A stretch of DNA of 61,854 nucleotides, the filler included. It is 9 parts of 9 records of this genome, joined end to end, with 100 filler letters (N's around TTAATTAATTAA, not from the genome) between each part and the next. Parts side by side here need not be neighbours in the genome. Positions count along the whole stretch, not along the records: positions 39,396 to 44,508 come from SRR31156797_89297; positions 44,609 to 49,919 come from SRR31156797_89412; positions 50,020 to 55,177 come from SRR31156797_89945; 6 more parts are not named here. One strand, 5' to 3'. Both the position numbers and the translations under genes were made by a program. Positions within the stretch are counted from its first letter, which is position 1. The number at the start of each line of letters is the position of its first letter. Shown piece after piece: positions 39,917 to 50,067 of this stretch. The notes under the pieces were generated by a model that made no database searches, was not told the origin of the DNA, and saw only the letters and a program-made list of their open reading frames with translations.

Positions 39917-41458
39917 TTAATTGTTGGCCTGCTTCTGTTTCCTGCCAAACCGGGCCTTCAGCTTATCGGCGGTCTTCTTATAAACCGGGGTCTGGCTGAG
40001 GACCATAAAGACAATAACCAAAAAGAGGATCAGGGCTACAGGCCGGGTCAGGACCGGGAGAAAACTCCCCTTGGAGACCATAAGGGCACGACGCAGATTG
40101 GTATCGGCCATACCTCCGAGGATAACACCAATTACAAGCGGGGCAATAGGATACTTCATCTCGGTAAGGAAGTAGGCCATGATACCCACGGGGAACATCA
40201 GGTAGAGGTTGAAGATCTTTGTTCCCAGAGCATAGGATCCGATGATGCAGAGAACCCCGATAACCGGCATAAAAAGGCTGATTGGGATCCTCAGGACCTT
40301 GATCACCTGTTTGGCCAGAAGGATACCGCAGATCCACATACAGACCGAAGCCAGAAGAAGGATCGCCGTAATCTTCAGATAGAAGCCCGGGTGATCGATA
40401 TTGAGCATGGGGCCGGGATTGAACCCGTGGAGCAGAAGGGCTCCCAGAAGCATGGCCGCAGGAGGTGAGCCGGGAACACCGAGGCTTAAGAGGGGGATCA
40501 TCGCTCCGCCGATACAGGCGTTGTTCGCCGTCTCGGTGGCGATAACCGCCTCTTCCATCCCTGTTCCGAATTTGTCACCGTTCTTGCTCGCCTTTTTGGC
40601 AGCTCCATAGGAAACCCAGCCGGCGATATCTTCACCAATCCCCGGAACAGCACCGATACCGACACCAATAAGGGCGGACCGGATGATATTGCCCATGTTT
40701 TTACCGATCTTTCTCCAGGAAGGGAGGATCCGACCGACGTCGGCCATCTCTCCGTATTTGAAATCATCCCGAAGGGTCTGCATAATCTGGGGGATACCGA
40801 AGGCTCCTATCAGAACCGGAACCAGGTCCAGGCCTGAATCCAGCTCACTGAATCCGAAAGTAAAACGGGGATAGGTCTGGAGTTTGTCCCGGCCGATTGT
40901 CGCCAGCCAGAGGCCTATAAAACCGGCAATCCAACCCTTGAAGGCCAGGTCCTGGCTTGTCAGGGTTCCGGATATCACGATTCCGAAGAGAGCCAGGAGG
41001 AAAAACTCGAAGGAGGTGAACTCCAGAGCCAGGCCGGAAATAAGGGGTGAAAAAGAGACAACGAAGATCATCCCGATAAAGGTTCCGATGGCCGAGGCGG
41101 TTGTTGTCAGGCCCAGTGCCATCCCGGCCTTTCCCTTCTTCGCCAGAGGATAGCCGTCCATGGCCGTTGCCGCAGCAGCGGCCGTCCCCGGGATATTAAC
41201 GAGGATCGCTGTATACGATCCACCGTAAACTCCGCCGACGTAGATGCCCATCAGCGCGACCATGGCGGTTGCCGGACTCATCCCGTAGGTAAGGGTCGTT
41301 AAGAGCGCGACACCGAGGGTGGCGGTCAGACCCGGGGTAGCACCGAAGATAATCCCCATGATAACCGAGGCGAAAAGAAGAAGCATGGCCCCGGGATTGA
41401 TAAGAAGGGTTCCTATCTCAATAAAAAAACTCTGCAAGGTACCGAAAATTAATTCCAT
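39917..41458 (-). CDS. tctA: Tripartite tricarboxylate transporter large permease TctA
   Basis: GATPGLTAT, YGGSYTAILVNIPGT, DGYPLAKKG, ETANNA, LGVPGS. Confidence 0.93.
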   Translation of the reverse strand: MELIFGTLQSFFIEIGTLLINPGAMLLLFASVIMGIIFGATPGLTATLGVALLTTLTYGMSPATAMVALMGIYVGGVYGGSYTAILVNIPGTAAAAATAMDGYPLAKKGKAGMALGLTTTASAIGTFIGMIFVVSFSPLISGLALEFTSFEFFLLALFGIVISGTLTSQDLAFKGWIAGFIGLWLATIGRDKLQTYPRFTFGFSELDSGLDLVPVLIGAFGIPQIMQTLRDDFKYGEMADVGRILPSWRKIGKNMGNIIRSALIGVGIGAVPGIGEDIAGWVSYGAAKKASKNGDKFGTGMEEAVIATETANNACIGGAMIPLLSLGVPGSPPAAMLLGALLLHGFNPGPMLNIDHPGFYLKITAILLLASVCMWICGILLAKQVIKVLRIPISLFMPVIGVLCIIGSYALGTKIFNLYLMFPVGIMAYFLTEMKYPIAPLVIGVILGGMADTNLRRALMVSKGSFLPVLTRPVALILFLVIVFMVLSQTPVYKKTADKLKARFGRKQKQANN

Positions 41459-41473
41459 TTTTCCAACTCACTC

Positions 41474-42223
41474 CTAGTATTTGAACGAATAGTAGAGGAC
41501 GTTCATATGGTCGATGATTATCCCCTCGTTGGGCAGCGGAGTAAGGAGGGGGTAACGGAAAATCGGACAGAGGATCAAAGGGGTCAGGATGGAAACGAAC
41601 ATGACTGTCCTGATCTTTTTGGTCGAAAGACCATCGGCCTTCATCAGCCTTCGGGCATAGATATTCATCCAGACAAGACAGAGGATTGCCAAAGCATCCA
41701 TAGTATAGGGATAGAGGCTGATCAGAAAACCTCCGATCCCCGTGGCAAAGAGAATGAGGAAGGCCAGAGACTGGATGATGAAGTACCGGCTCAGATACTT
41801 GAACACCCGGGGACTCTCGGAATAGAAAGCAGAACAGATAAAAAACAGGAAGATGGCAATACTGACGACGAAGTCGATGTAGGGAATATAGAGATAAATA
41901 AAGGATCCCAGGGCGAGAACAATCACCCAGACCCGGATGGTTTTCGGATCCAGTTTTTTCTCGGTTCTGTCTTTTGCCCCCTCAACAAGGGCTCGGAGGC
42001 CACCGTCTTTTACAGCGACAAAACAGAGGAGTCCGCCCAGCAGGATAAGGGCAACCCCTATGCAGAGAGGAAAAAGGGACGGGGCTACATACCAGTGGGC
42101 CTGAACTCCGCCGTAGCTGGCGGTCATGGGCATCTGAAGGGCCATGATGGTTACAAACGCTCCAAAGAGCATAATGATAATACTGGTGATGAAGTCGGAT
42201 TTTCTTAAGCTTATAAGCTCCAT
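41474..42223 (-). CDS. tctB: TctB-like small membrane subunit (extended)
   Basis: Lies between tctC and tctA; PSLFP motif, many TMs. Confidence 0.7.
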   Translation of the reverse strand: MELISLRKSDFITSIIIMLFGAFVTIMALQMPMTASYGGVQAHWYVAPSLFPLCIGVALILLGGLLCFVAVKDGGLRALVEGAKDRTEKKLDPKTIRVWVIVLALGSFIYLYIPYIDFVVSIAIFLFFICSAFYSESPRVFKYLSRYFIIQSLAFLILFATGIGGFLISLYPYTMDALAILCLVWMNIYARRLMKADGLSTKKIRTVMFVSILTPLILCPIFRYPLLTPLPNEGIIIDHMNVLYYSFKY

Positions 42224-42311
42224 TGAAGTACCTCGAAAGAATAGAAGTCAAACATAGTATAATCCCCCGGGAAAACCCGGGGGAAGGATTTACGGATGTC
42301 AATCTCCCAAA

Positions 42312-43334
42312 TTACGGTTTGGGGATGTTCAGGTCGGCGGGATCAACATCGGCGGCGCCGAGGTCCCAGAGGGTCCATGCAAAGTTGGATTCGAGGGCGG
42401 AGAAAACAGCATTGGCCTCGGGTCCTCTTTTTCCGGAAAGAACGTAGTACTTCTCTTCTCCGAACTTCTTTACAGCATCGGAAGCCATGGCTTCGTCGAA
42501 GGCGGCATAGAGGGTATCCTTGACCGTCTGAGGAACGTCGGCGGGTACGGCAAAACCGATGGACTGGGCCAGGGGGAGGTACTTGGAAAGGTCAGCATAA
42601 GCATCAAAAGCCGAGGGAATCATGGTTCCGTCGAGGTCGAAGGAGTCGGGAGTCAGCATTCCGAGGGGTTTCAGCTTTCCGCCTCTGATAAGTTCAGCCT
42701 GTTCCGCTACGGAGGTAACAATAACGGTGATTTCACCGGTCATGGCCGCATTCTGAGCCGGAGCAGAACCGTCGTAGGGGATGAACTGAAAGTCGGCACC
42801 GGAGCCGTTTTCAAGAGCCAGAAGATTCAGGTGGTGGATGGAACCGGAACCGGAAGCACCGGCGAGGATCGAATCGGGTGCGGCCTTGGCGGCTTCAATC
42901 AGCTCTTCGATGGTATCATAGGGAGCATCGGGGGTAACGGAGACAACATCGGGGGATCCACCGATAATGAAGGTGTCCCATACATTGAAGCGGTTGGACC
43001 ACGCACCTTTAACACCGGCGGTTACATTGGACTCGGAAAGACCGGTCAATGTATAACCATCATGAGCAGCACTGTAGCCGTAGGTCATACCGACGGAACC
43101 GGCGGCACCGCCTGTCTTGTTAATAACATTAACATTAACACCAAGAGCCTTGGACATTTCAGTCATAACAACACGGTTACAAACATCGGTACCACCACCG
43201 GCACCCCAGACAACGACGGTCGTGACATCACGAGTCGGATAGTTGCCCTGTCCGGCCGAGTCGGCCTGACCGCTTGCGAATGCCATTCCAGTCAGGATAA
43301 GCATTGATGCTAAAATTACAACCAGTTTTTTCAT
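42312..43334 (-). CDS. tctC: TctC/Bug family substrate-binding protein
   Basis: YPTRDVTTVVVWGAGGGTD, NKTGGAAGSVG, DGYTL, IPYDGS. Confidence 0.92.
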   Translation of the reverse strand: MKKLVVILASMLILTGMAFASGQADSAGQGNYPTRDVTTVVVWGAGGGTDVCNRVVMTEMSKALGVNVNVINKTGGAAGSVGMTYGYSAAHDGYTLTGLSESNVTAGVKGAWSNRFNVWDTFIIGGSPDVVSVTPDAPYDTIEELIEAAKAAPDSILAGASGSGSIHHLNLLALENGSGADFQFIPYDGSAPAQNAAMTGEITVIVTSVAEQAELIRGGKLKPLGMLTPDSFDLDGTMIPSAFDAYADLSKYLPLAQSIGFAVPADVPQTVKDTLYAAFDEAMASDAVKKFGEEKYYVLSGKRGPEANAVFSALESNFAWTLWDLGAADVDPADLNIPKP

Positions 43335-43486
43335 AAGAAACTCCTTTAAGATATTATTATCGTTTCGGAAGGCTCCGCGTTACGGCAAGTATTCTACCAT
43401 ATAAAAGCTTCCGAACAATTCACAAAAATCAATCAGGGGAGATTCGATTTCCCCAAAATCCTCCTGTAAAACCCTTCTCTTCTCTT

Positions 43487-44464
43487 TTATTTACCCTCCT
43501 TGAAAAACATTTCTTCTTCCAGGTATTTCCACATATCGAGATACTCATCAGATGCCATTCTTTTTCGGAATTCCGCACGGTCAAAACCCTTTACCAGGTT
43601 CCACAGCTTGTTGGTCCACCGGGCGTTCGCCTCGAAGGTCCGTTTGATATCCAGCCGCTGGGGAGATGTGTCGGAGGTCAGATAGTCCTCATACCCGTAC
43701 TCCTGCAGGTAGTAGAGAAACTCGGCGTAGGCCAGAAAATTGTGAGAGCCGCAGATGTAGTCCCAATCCCATTTCCGATCGTTGTCGTTGATGTGGATAT
43801 AATAGGGGAACCGGCTCTCGGCAATCAGACAGAGGGCCTCGGCGGGATTCTCTCCCCCGTAGAGGGAGTGGCCGAAATCCATGGTTACCCCGATATTCTC
43901 ATTGCCGATTTTCTCGAGCATATAGAGGGCCTTGGCGGCGGTATCGAGGAAACACTTTCCCCGGACCTCGCTGGGTTTGTACTCCAGAAAGAGGGGGATT
44001 TCCGGAAGGTAGTCACCGGCTTCGGCGAAACCGTCGGCCATATTCTTCCAGGCGGTGGCGTAGTTTTCCTGAAAACTGAACTCATAACCATCCCCGAGAG
44101 GACAGCACTGCACCTTGTCGGCACCGACGGCCTTAGCATAATCCTTGGCCTCTTTAACAAACCGAATGGCTTTCTGCCGGATTTCTTTGTTCTGAGAAGT
44201 GATGCCGCCGCTGACAAATTCCGGCTCACTTTTGATATTGCAGTTGATCGCCGCAATATTCAGTCCCTTGCCTTCCAGAATTTTTTTCAATTCATCTGCT
44301 TCCGGAACCTCGTAGGGATAAACGATTTCGACGCCGTCCACATCTTCCATCTCCGAAACCAGTGAGAACTTGTCCTCCAGGCTTTTCGGTTCGTTGTACA
44401 TCCGGAATCTGTCCTTCGTCTGCCCCAGAAAACCGGTGATAATGCCGCATTTAACCTTTTCCAC
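43487..44464 (-). CDS. Xylose-isomerase-like TIM-barrel sugar isomerase
   Basis: EYKPSE, DFGH and HIND metal-binding motifs; GTG start. Confidence 0.85.
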   Translation of the reverse strand: MEKVKCGIITGFLGQTKDRFRMYNEPKSLEDKFSLVSEMEDVDGVEIVYPYEVPEADELKKILEGKGLNIAAINCNIKSEPEFVSGGITSQNKEIRQKAIRFVKEAKDYAKAVGADKVQCCPLGDGYEFSFQENYATAWKNMADGFAEAGDYLPEIPLFLEYKPSEVRGKCFLDTAAKALYMLEKIGNENIGVTMDFGHSLYGGENPAEALCLIAESRFPYYIHINDNDRKWDWDYICGSHNFLAYAEFLYYLQEYGYEDYLTSDTSPQRLDIKRTFEANARWTNKLWNLVKGFDRAEFRKRMASDEYLDMWKYLEEEMFFKEGK

Positions 44465-44508
44465 TTATATACCTCGCTTTAAATTTTCAGGCCCTATTTG
44501 CCCAGGAG

Positions 44509-44608
44509 NNNNNNNNNNNNNNNNNNNNNNNNNNNNNNNNNNNNNNNNNNNNTTAATTAATTAANNNNNNNNNNNNNNNNNNNNNNNNNNNNNNNNNNNN
44601 NNNNNNNN
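44509..44608. other. Artificial contig linker
   Basis: N-run + TTAATTAATTAA + N-run. Confidence 0.98.
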
Positions 44609-44707
44609 GCTGAAACAAGTTCAGGATGACCCGCGAGGTTTTCTCTCCTTCTCTACACCTCTCCTCCTCATACTTGTAAACGTCACAGAAAAAATGTAGA
44701 TTAGCAC

Positions 44708-46408
44708 ATGATTTTTCCTACAACAAAAACTGAAATGACAAAACTCGGCTGGCAACAGTGTGATGTCATCATCGTCAGCGGCGATGCATTTGTGGATCAT
44801 CCTTCTTTTGGCCCGGCGATCATTGCCAGAGTCCTTGAAAAAGAAGGCTACAGAGTGGGAATATTGGATCAGCCCGACTGGAACGATGCACAGAGCGCCA
44901 TGCGCCTGGGCGCTCCGCGCCTTTGCTTTGCCGTAACGGCAGGCAACATCGATTCCATGGTCTCGCACTATACCGTTAATCATAAAAAACGTTCCGAAGA
45001 TAATTATACACCCGGTGGCAAAGCCGGCAGGCGGCCCAACAGGGCGAGTATCGTTTACACCAATCTTTTGCGCTCGGCCTTTAAGGACGTGCCCGTCATT
45101 CTGGGTGGCGTTGAGGCAAGCCTGCGGCGCATAGCGCATTACGACTATTGGACAAATAAAGTCAGGCGCTCAATTCTCATCGACTCCAAAGCCGATCTCC
45201 TTATCTATGGCATGGGTGAGCTTCCGGTCAAAGAGCTTGTCAAGCGTCTTGATAGTGGAACAGCTATCCGCGAGATACGCGATGTTCCCGGAACGGTTTG
45301 CCGGGTCAATGAGGTCAAGGGTGTGGAACTGCCATCATTTGAAGAAGTTCAGAATGACAAAAAAGCTTTCAATAAAATGACGCGACTGCATTACGAGAAT
45401 CGCGTTTTTCCCTATGCAAAAGATCTGTATCAAAAACACGGTGATCAGATCCTAAAGATCAACGCACCTGCGAAACCCCTTAGTACAAAAGAGATGGATG
45501 CCATTTACGATCTGCCTTACACACGCAGGCCGCATCCCAAATACAAAGAAAAGATCCCCGCATACGAACAGATCAAAGATTCCATTACCGCTCACCGCGG
45601 TTGTTTCGGCAATTGTTCCTTTTGCGCTATCACCTTTCACCAGGGACCACGGGTTCAAAGCCGTTCAAAAGAATCTGTGCTTAAGCAAGTGAAGCTCATG
45701 GCAAATGATCCCAAATTCAAGGGGACCATCAGCGATATCGGCGGTCCGACCGCCAACATGTACGGCATCCACTGCGCTATCGGCGGATGTAAAGAAATGA
45801 ACTGCCTATACCCTGAAGTCTGCGAACATCTTGTTGTAACTGATCAGAAAAAATATATTCAACTATTGAAAGAAGCCTCCAAGGTACCCGGTATCAAGCA
45901 TGTGTATATCGCCTCCGGATTGCGTCACGACTTGGCACTGGAAGATGAAAAAGCCATGGAGCAGATGGTTACCACCTACACGGGCGGCCACCTCAAGATC
46001 GCGCCCGAGCATTTAGTTGACAATGTCACCCGAGCCATGAATAAACCACCGGGCAAGGTCTACTTGCGCTTTGTGGAGAAATTCAGACAATTTTCCAGAA
46101 GGGCAGGCAAAGAACAATACATTGTGCCTTATTTCATTTCGGGCCATCCCGGTTGTACGGACGATGACATGATGCAATTGCAGAAAATGCTTAAAGCCAG
46201 CAATCACAAATTGCAACAAGCCGCAGATTTCTATCCAACCCCCATGACCATGGCCACCGCCATGTATCATACCGGCTTTCATCCTCTCACCGGGGAGAAA
46301 GTCCATGTGCCCAAAACTGCCAAAGAAAAGCTCAAGCAATTCGGCATGATGATGTGGCACCGGCAGGCGAAGCCTGACGGAAGTAAAAAGGCAAAAGTAA
46401 AAAGGTAA
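44708..46408 (+). CDS. ygiQ: YgiQ (UPF0313) radical SAM protein
   Basis: GDAFVDHPSFG, AGNIDSMV, GGVEASLRR, HRGCFGNCSFC, DIGGPTANMY, FYPTPMT. Confidence 0.93.
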   Translation: MIFPTTKTEMTKLGWQQCDVIIVSGDAFVDHPSFGPAIIARVLEKEGYRVGILDQPDWNDAQSAMRLGAPRLCFAVTAGNIDSMVSHYTVNHKKRSEDNYTPGGKAGRRPNRASIVYTNLLRSAFKDVPVILGGVEASLRRIAHYDYWTNKVRRSILIDSKADLLIYGMGELPVKELVKRLDSGTAIREIRDVPGTVCRVNEVKGVELPSFEEVQNDKKAFNKMTRLHYENRVFPYAKDLYQKHGDQILKINAPAKPLSTKEMDAIYDLPYTRRPHPKYKEKIPAYEQIKDSITAHRGCFGNCSFCAITFHQGPRVQSRSKESVLKQVKLMANDPKFKGTISDIGGPTANMYGIHCAIGGCKEMNCLYPEVCEHLVVTDQKKYIQLLKEASKVPGIKHVYIASGLRHDLALEDEKAMEQMVTTYTGGHLKIAPEHLVDNVTRAMNKPPGKVYLRFVEKFRQFSRRAGKEQYIVPYFISGHPGCTDDDMMQLQKMLKASNHKLQQAADFYPTPMTMATAMYHTGFHPLTGEKVHVPKTAKEKLKQFGMMMWHRQAKPDGSKKAKVKR

Positions 46409-46520
46409 AAGGAATTAACCCTTTTTCTTCTCTTCACCACCTCGATAGCTCTTGTTTTTGTGACGCAGGTCACACTCAAAATATCGCGATTGACAAAGCC
46501 CTGAATTACGCGTAATATTA

Positions 46521-47300
46521 TTGCAAATGAGTGGGACGAATCTAAAATATCTCGTGATATGCCGAGTGTTTTTTGGCGCTTGTTATGCCGTGATCTGGCA
46601 CACTGGATCGGTAATGCCGGTCACTGTTGGCAAGGATCCTCAGTCTAGCGCTTTTCACCCGGCTATCTTTCCCGACACACTGTGTTTCGCTTCATCCTGG
46701 TCACCATTATATTCCGGTTTTGGGATAAATGAGGGTATGATATATGGAGGAAGCTCAAAATTTGATCTGTCAATAAAAACACAGTATCATAAATTGATGT
46801 CGAACCATCAGCTAAGTGTTGGATTCCCCATTCTGGATGAAATAAATATTAAAGCGGGACTGCAACTACACTATACCTTATCCGCATTGCATGGAGTCGA
46901 GTCTTTGCACAAGGGATCCTGCTCTGGAGGCCTGATTATCAGTCCCAGGCCAAACTGGCAGGCATCCCTGTGCTCCATGCATATCTTGTGTTTCCCCAAA
47001 GACAGTATAGAGCAATTACTCGAACCAAAACTCGGAGCAGGTATCAACTTCGATATTCTGCCAACTTTAGGGTTGTGTATTCTGGCGCAAAAAACAGATG
47101 GACTTTCCTGGCAATTATTTGGTGGAATTGCTTGGCGTCCATTAAAGATATTGTCCTGCGGATTGAAATATGAAATTGGAAACGATAACCTTTTCTTCAA
47201 CTTAGAATTGGCTCCGGGCAATTGGAAAATGTATGTTTCTATGGGCCTGCATCGTTATCTGGGATTTACACAGCAGATCATGATCGCTTATGAGCGGTGA
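46521..47300 (+). CDS. Hypothetical beta-strand-rich protein (start uncertain)
   Basis: Long ORF overlapping the next gene; ends H.YLGFTQQI. Confidence 0.55.
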   Translation: MQMSGTNLKYLVICRVFFGACYAVIWHTGSVMPVTVGKDPQSSAFHPAIFPDTLCFASSWSPLYSGFGINEGMIYGGSSKFDLSIKTQYHKLMSNHQLSVGFPILDEINIKAGLQLHYTLSALHGVESLHKGSCSGGLIISPRPNWQASLCSMHILCFPKDSIEQLLEPKLGAGINFDILPTLGLCILAQKTDGLSWQLFGGIAWRPLKILSCGLKYEIGNDNLFFNLELAPGNWKMYVSMGLHRYLGFTQQIMIAYER

Positions 47301-48642
47301 TCCACCTCTAGGAATATATCTGTATTTGTTAATGATCCTTTTTGTAAAGGTTCAAGCTCAGGACAGCCTTTTCCACCCGGAGCTTCTAAGTCCGCAAGCA
47401 AGTGAGGAATTTGAAAACGAAGGTAATACCAAACTGCACATAAGCTTTGGAGAAGAAATTGAATTTCGAACAAAAGCACAGTTTACATATAAAGGCCTGG
47501 AATTTAATTATCAAAACGAAGGAGGCAGTAGCCAAAAAATTAAGCAAACAACATCATTGTGTTGGTCATGGAAATCATATGTGACAGGAAGCGGTAAAGG
47601 TCAACCGCATATCGCAAAAGGGATCATATTGGGTAATACCATGATGCGCTTTTCACCGTCATTGTCCGGTCAGGCAGGAGTACGGCCATCAAAATTTAGG
47701 ATTGGCGCCTATGACCAATACAAGGAATTAACATTGATAGGTCTCAATGTTAGATCAGTTAATATTAATATATTCCGTTTTGATGAAATACATGCCGGTG
47801 TTGTAGAGTATGCAAGCGGGGGTTTACGAGCCGGTTTAGCGACATATATTTCCGATCAATTTACGATGGAAGTTTGGGGTGGGTATACCGATAAAAAGAT
47901 CAAAACATGTATAAACACGTCTGTTTCTGGCTGGAAGTTCAATCATATATTAGCAGACATTCTGTATAAAAAGGAAAATCTATCGCTATTTGGATCTTCA
48001 GTGTATCTAAGTAAAGATTTTGATGGAGTAAAAGCTGACAGCAAATGGGGCTCGAGTTTACAACCCGGAAGTCGTGGCCATGCAATAGGAACAAGTTTCA
48101 GTTCATCCCCTTGGAAAGCAAGTTGCATTGCGTATAGTATCTTCGGATATCAAATGAACGAAAAGCGATGCATGTTGGACATTAGATTTAGAAAAAGCCC
48201 CATAGAACTCAATTTTGCATACAACTTTAAAATGACTATAGAATTAAAGGAGGACAATAAGTTCCCTTTTGCACTGATAGAGGAAAATGAAAGTCATCAT
48301 ATATGCAAAATTAATGCGAAGATCAAACCACACCGAGAACTTGAAATATCATACCAAATTCAAGGGGATATATTACATCCTCTCTCACATGTTGGGGTAT
48401 TCCGATTGACTTATAAAAAGAAAGGACACTTACTGAAGTTCCAGATATCACATTGCAACGGACCGGATAGTGATCTATATTTTCTTAGACCGCTGTCATT
48501 TTCAACTTACGGCATTAGAAAAGCACCGACAGAAAAAATAAACTATCTGGATTTGCTTTATTCAAAAAAGATCGGTGATACGGAAGTATATATTCTTTTA
48601 AGGAATGAAGGGATAAATGTTGGAATAACAGTTAAAAATTAA
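47290..48642 (+). CDS. Hypothetical secreted protein, probable beta-barrel
   Basis: 450-aa ORF, signal-like VKVQAQD, amphipathic beta pattern. Confidence 0.6.
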   Translation: MSGDPPLGIYLYLLMILFVKVQAQDSLFHPELLSPQASEEFENEGNTKLHISFGEEIEFRTKAQFTYKGLEFNYQNEGGSSQKIKQTTSLCWSWKSYVTGSGKGQPHIAKGIILGNTMMRFSPSLSGQAGVRPSKFRIGAYDQYKELTLIGLNVRSVNINIFRFDEIHAGVVEYASGGLRAGLATYISDQFTMEVWGGYTDKKIKTCINTSVSGWKFNHILADILYKKENLSLFGSSVYLSKDFDGVKADSKWGSSLQPGSRGHAIGTSFSSSPWKASCIAYSIFGYQMNEKRCMLDIRFRKSPIELNFAYNFKMTIELKEDNKFPFALIEENESHHICKINAKIKPHRELEISYQIQGDILHPLSHVGVFRLTYKKKGHLLKFQISHCNGPDSDLYFLRPLSFSTYGIRKAPTEKINYLDLLYSKKIGDTEVYILLRNEGINVGITVKN

Positions 48643-48666
48643 GGACAAGTTCATGGTGCACGGTGC

Positions 48667-49620
48667 TTACTTGAGCTTACTGATATCTCCACCAAGCTCT
48701 AATCCCGCAATATGCGAGGTGTCCTTGAAGAGCAATTTGCCTTTACGGTTCCGCAGTTCAATGTGCAGGGTGGAGTTCAAGCTCTCTTTCATCTGGCGTT
48801 CCATGTTGCCTTCAACCGGTGCGATCAGTCCGCCGCCTTCACCCAGTTCGGCATGCAGGCGCAGTGAATATTTGCCTTGCTTGATAACGACATTCACCCC
48901 CCAGTCATGTTGCTCCAGCACCTTGATGCGTCCACCCAGATAGGTGGAAAAACGATATACTTTTTCACCAACGTTCAGAAAGCCCAGAAAGCCGGTGAAG
49001 TGCATGCCCATCCAGGGGATCTTGGCAATGGACAACATGAACGAAGCGTCCAAATCCTGAAAAGGATTGGCCTGCATCCAGATCCAGGTCTCCGGGAAAG
49101 AACGGCCCCAGTCCTTTTCAATGTAGCCAATACCGTTCTCAAAGCCATATTCATTGCCGTTGATGGTCAATGCTCCATGAACCTTATGGCGCATGGACAC
49201 CACCCCGTGATAGCATTCCATAAATGGAACATAGGTGAACGGCCCCATGATGCCGGGTGATAGAAAATGTTTGGGAAATAAATGAGTGTCTTCAAAGATC
49301 AAGTCACCATGCATGGACACGCCGTCTTTATCATAGTTCAAATGTATCCCGCGATCAGAGAAGAAATTATTTTCGACAGCCGCAGCAAAATGATCTGACT
49401 CATAATGAAAATCTTCGAGAGGAAATTTTAAATATTGGGTGTCGTGCCCAGAAGTATTGACCTGAATAAATGCATGGCTATCCTTACCGAGAGAAACGCC
49501 CGGAATAAAAGCAATGGATGTCGTGAGGTCATCGCTGAGACATTTAATGTACCAGCCTTCGAAATAGGACTTCTTATTAAGCTTGCCTTGAAATACCGGT
49601 GGATTGGATCGCCTGTTCAT
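48667..49620 (-). CDS. Tocopherol-cyclase-like (lipocalin-fold) protein
   Basis: YFEGWY, GIMGPFTYVPFMECYHGV, GYIEKDWGRSFP..WIWMQ. Confidence 0.88.
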   Translation of the reverse strand: MNRRSNPPVFQGKLNKKSYFEGWYIKCLSDDLTTSIAFIPGVSLGKDSHAFIQVNTSGHDTQYLKFPLEDFHYESDHFAAAVENNFFSDRGIHLNYDKDGVSMHGDLIFEDTHLFPKHFLSPGIMGPFTYVPFMECYHGVVSMRHKVHGALTINGNEYGFENGIGYIEKDWGRSFPETWIWMQANPFQDLDASFMLSIAKIPWMGMHFTGFLGFLNVGEKVYRFSTYLGGRIKVLEQHDWGVNVVIKQGKYSLRLHAELGEGGGLIAPVEGNMERQMKESLNSTLHIELRNRKGKLLFKDTSHIAGLELGGDISKLK

Positions 49621-49776
49621 GATTCCTCCTTTTTGAAATTATGTATTGTTGAATTAAAATCATATTTATTTTTCCGGAATATTCTTTCACAGGAACAATT
49701 CACAGGGCATAAAATAAACAGCATAGTTAAACGCAAATCATTTTGTATCACTTGAATTTGGGAGTAAATTACTTAG

Positions 49777-49919
49777 ATGGCCGAGAATACGACAAAACAC
49801 ACGATTTTATGGGTGGATGACGAGATACATCTTCTGCGTCCCCACATTATGTTCCTCGAAGAAAAGGGTTATGAGGTCAAAACAGCAACCAATGGCGTGG
49901 ATGCTTTGGAGATCATCAA
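49777..49919 (+). CDS. Response regulator receiver, PorX/PglZ-like, truncated
   Basis: ILWVDDEIHLLRPHIMFLEEKGYEV. Confidence 0.75.
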
Positions 49920-50019
49920 NNNNNNNNNNNNNNNNNNNNNNNNNNNNNNNNNNNNNNNNNNNNTTAATTAATTAANNNNNNNNNNNNNNNNNNNNNNNNN
50001 NNNNNNNNNNNNNNNNNNN
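49920..50019. other. Artificial contig linker
   Basis: N-run + TTAATTAATTAA + N-run. Confidence 0.98.
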
Positions 50020-50067
50020 TATATTGAATTCATGTTGTCAAGAAATATTATCCGGTATTGGATAACA

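Noticed and set aside
44609-44630. GCTGAAACAAGTTCAGGATGAC at the contig start, resembling one arm of a palindromic intergenic repeat
   Set aside because: Only 22 bp and the partner arm is missing, so it cannot be supported
48667-49620. Tocopherol synthesis in an anaerobe
   Set aside because: This fold family is widespread in non-phototrophs and no other pathway genes are adjacent
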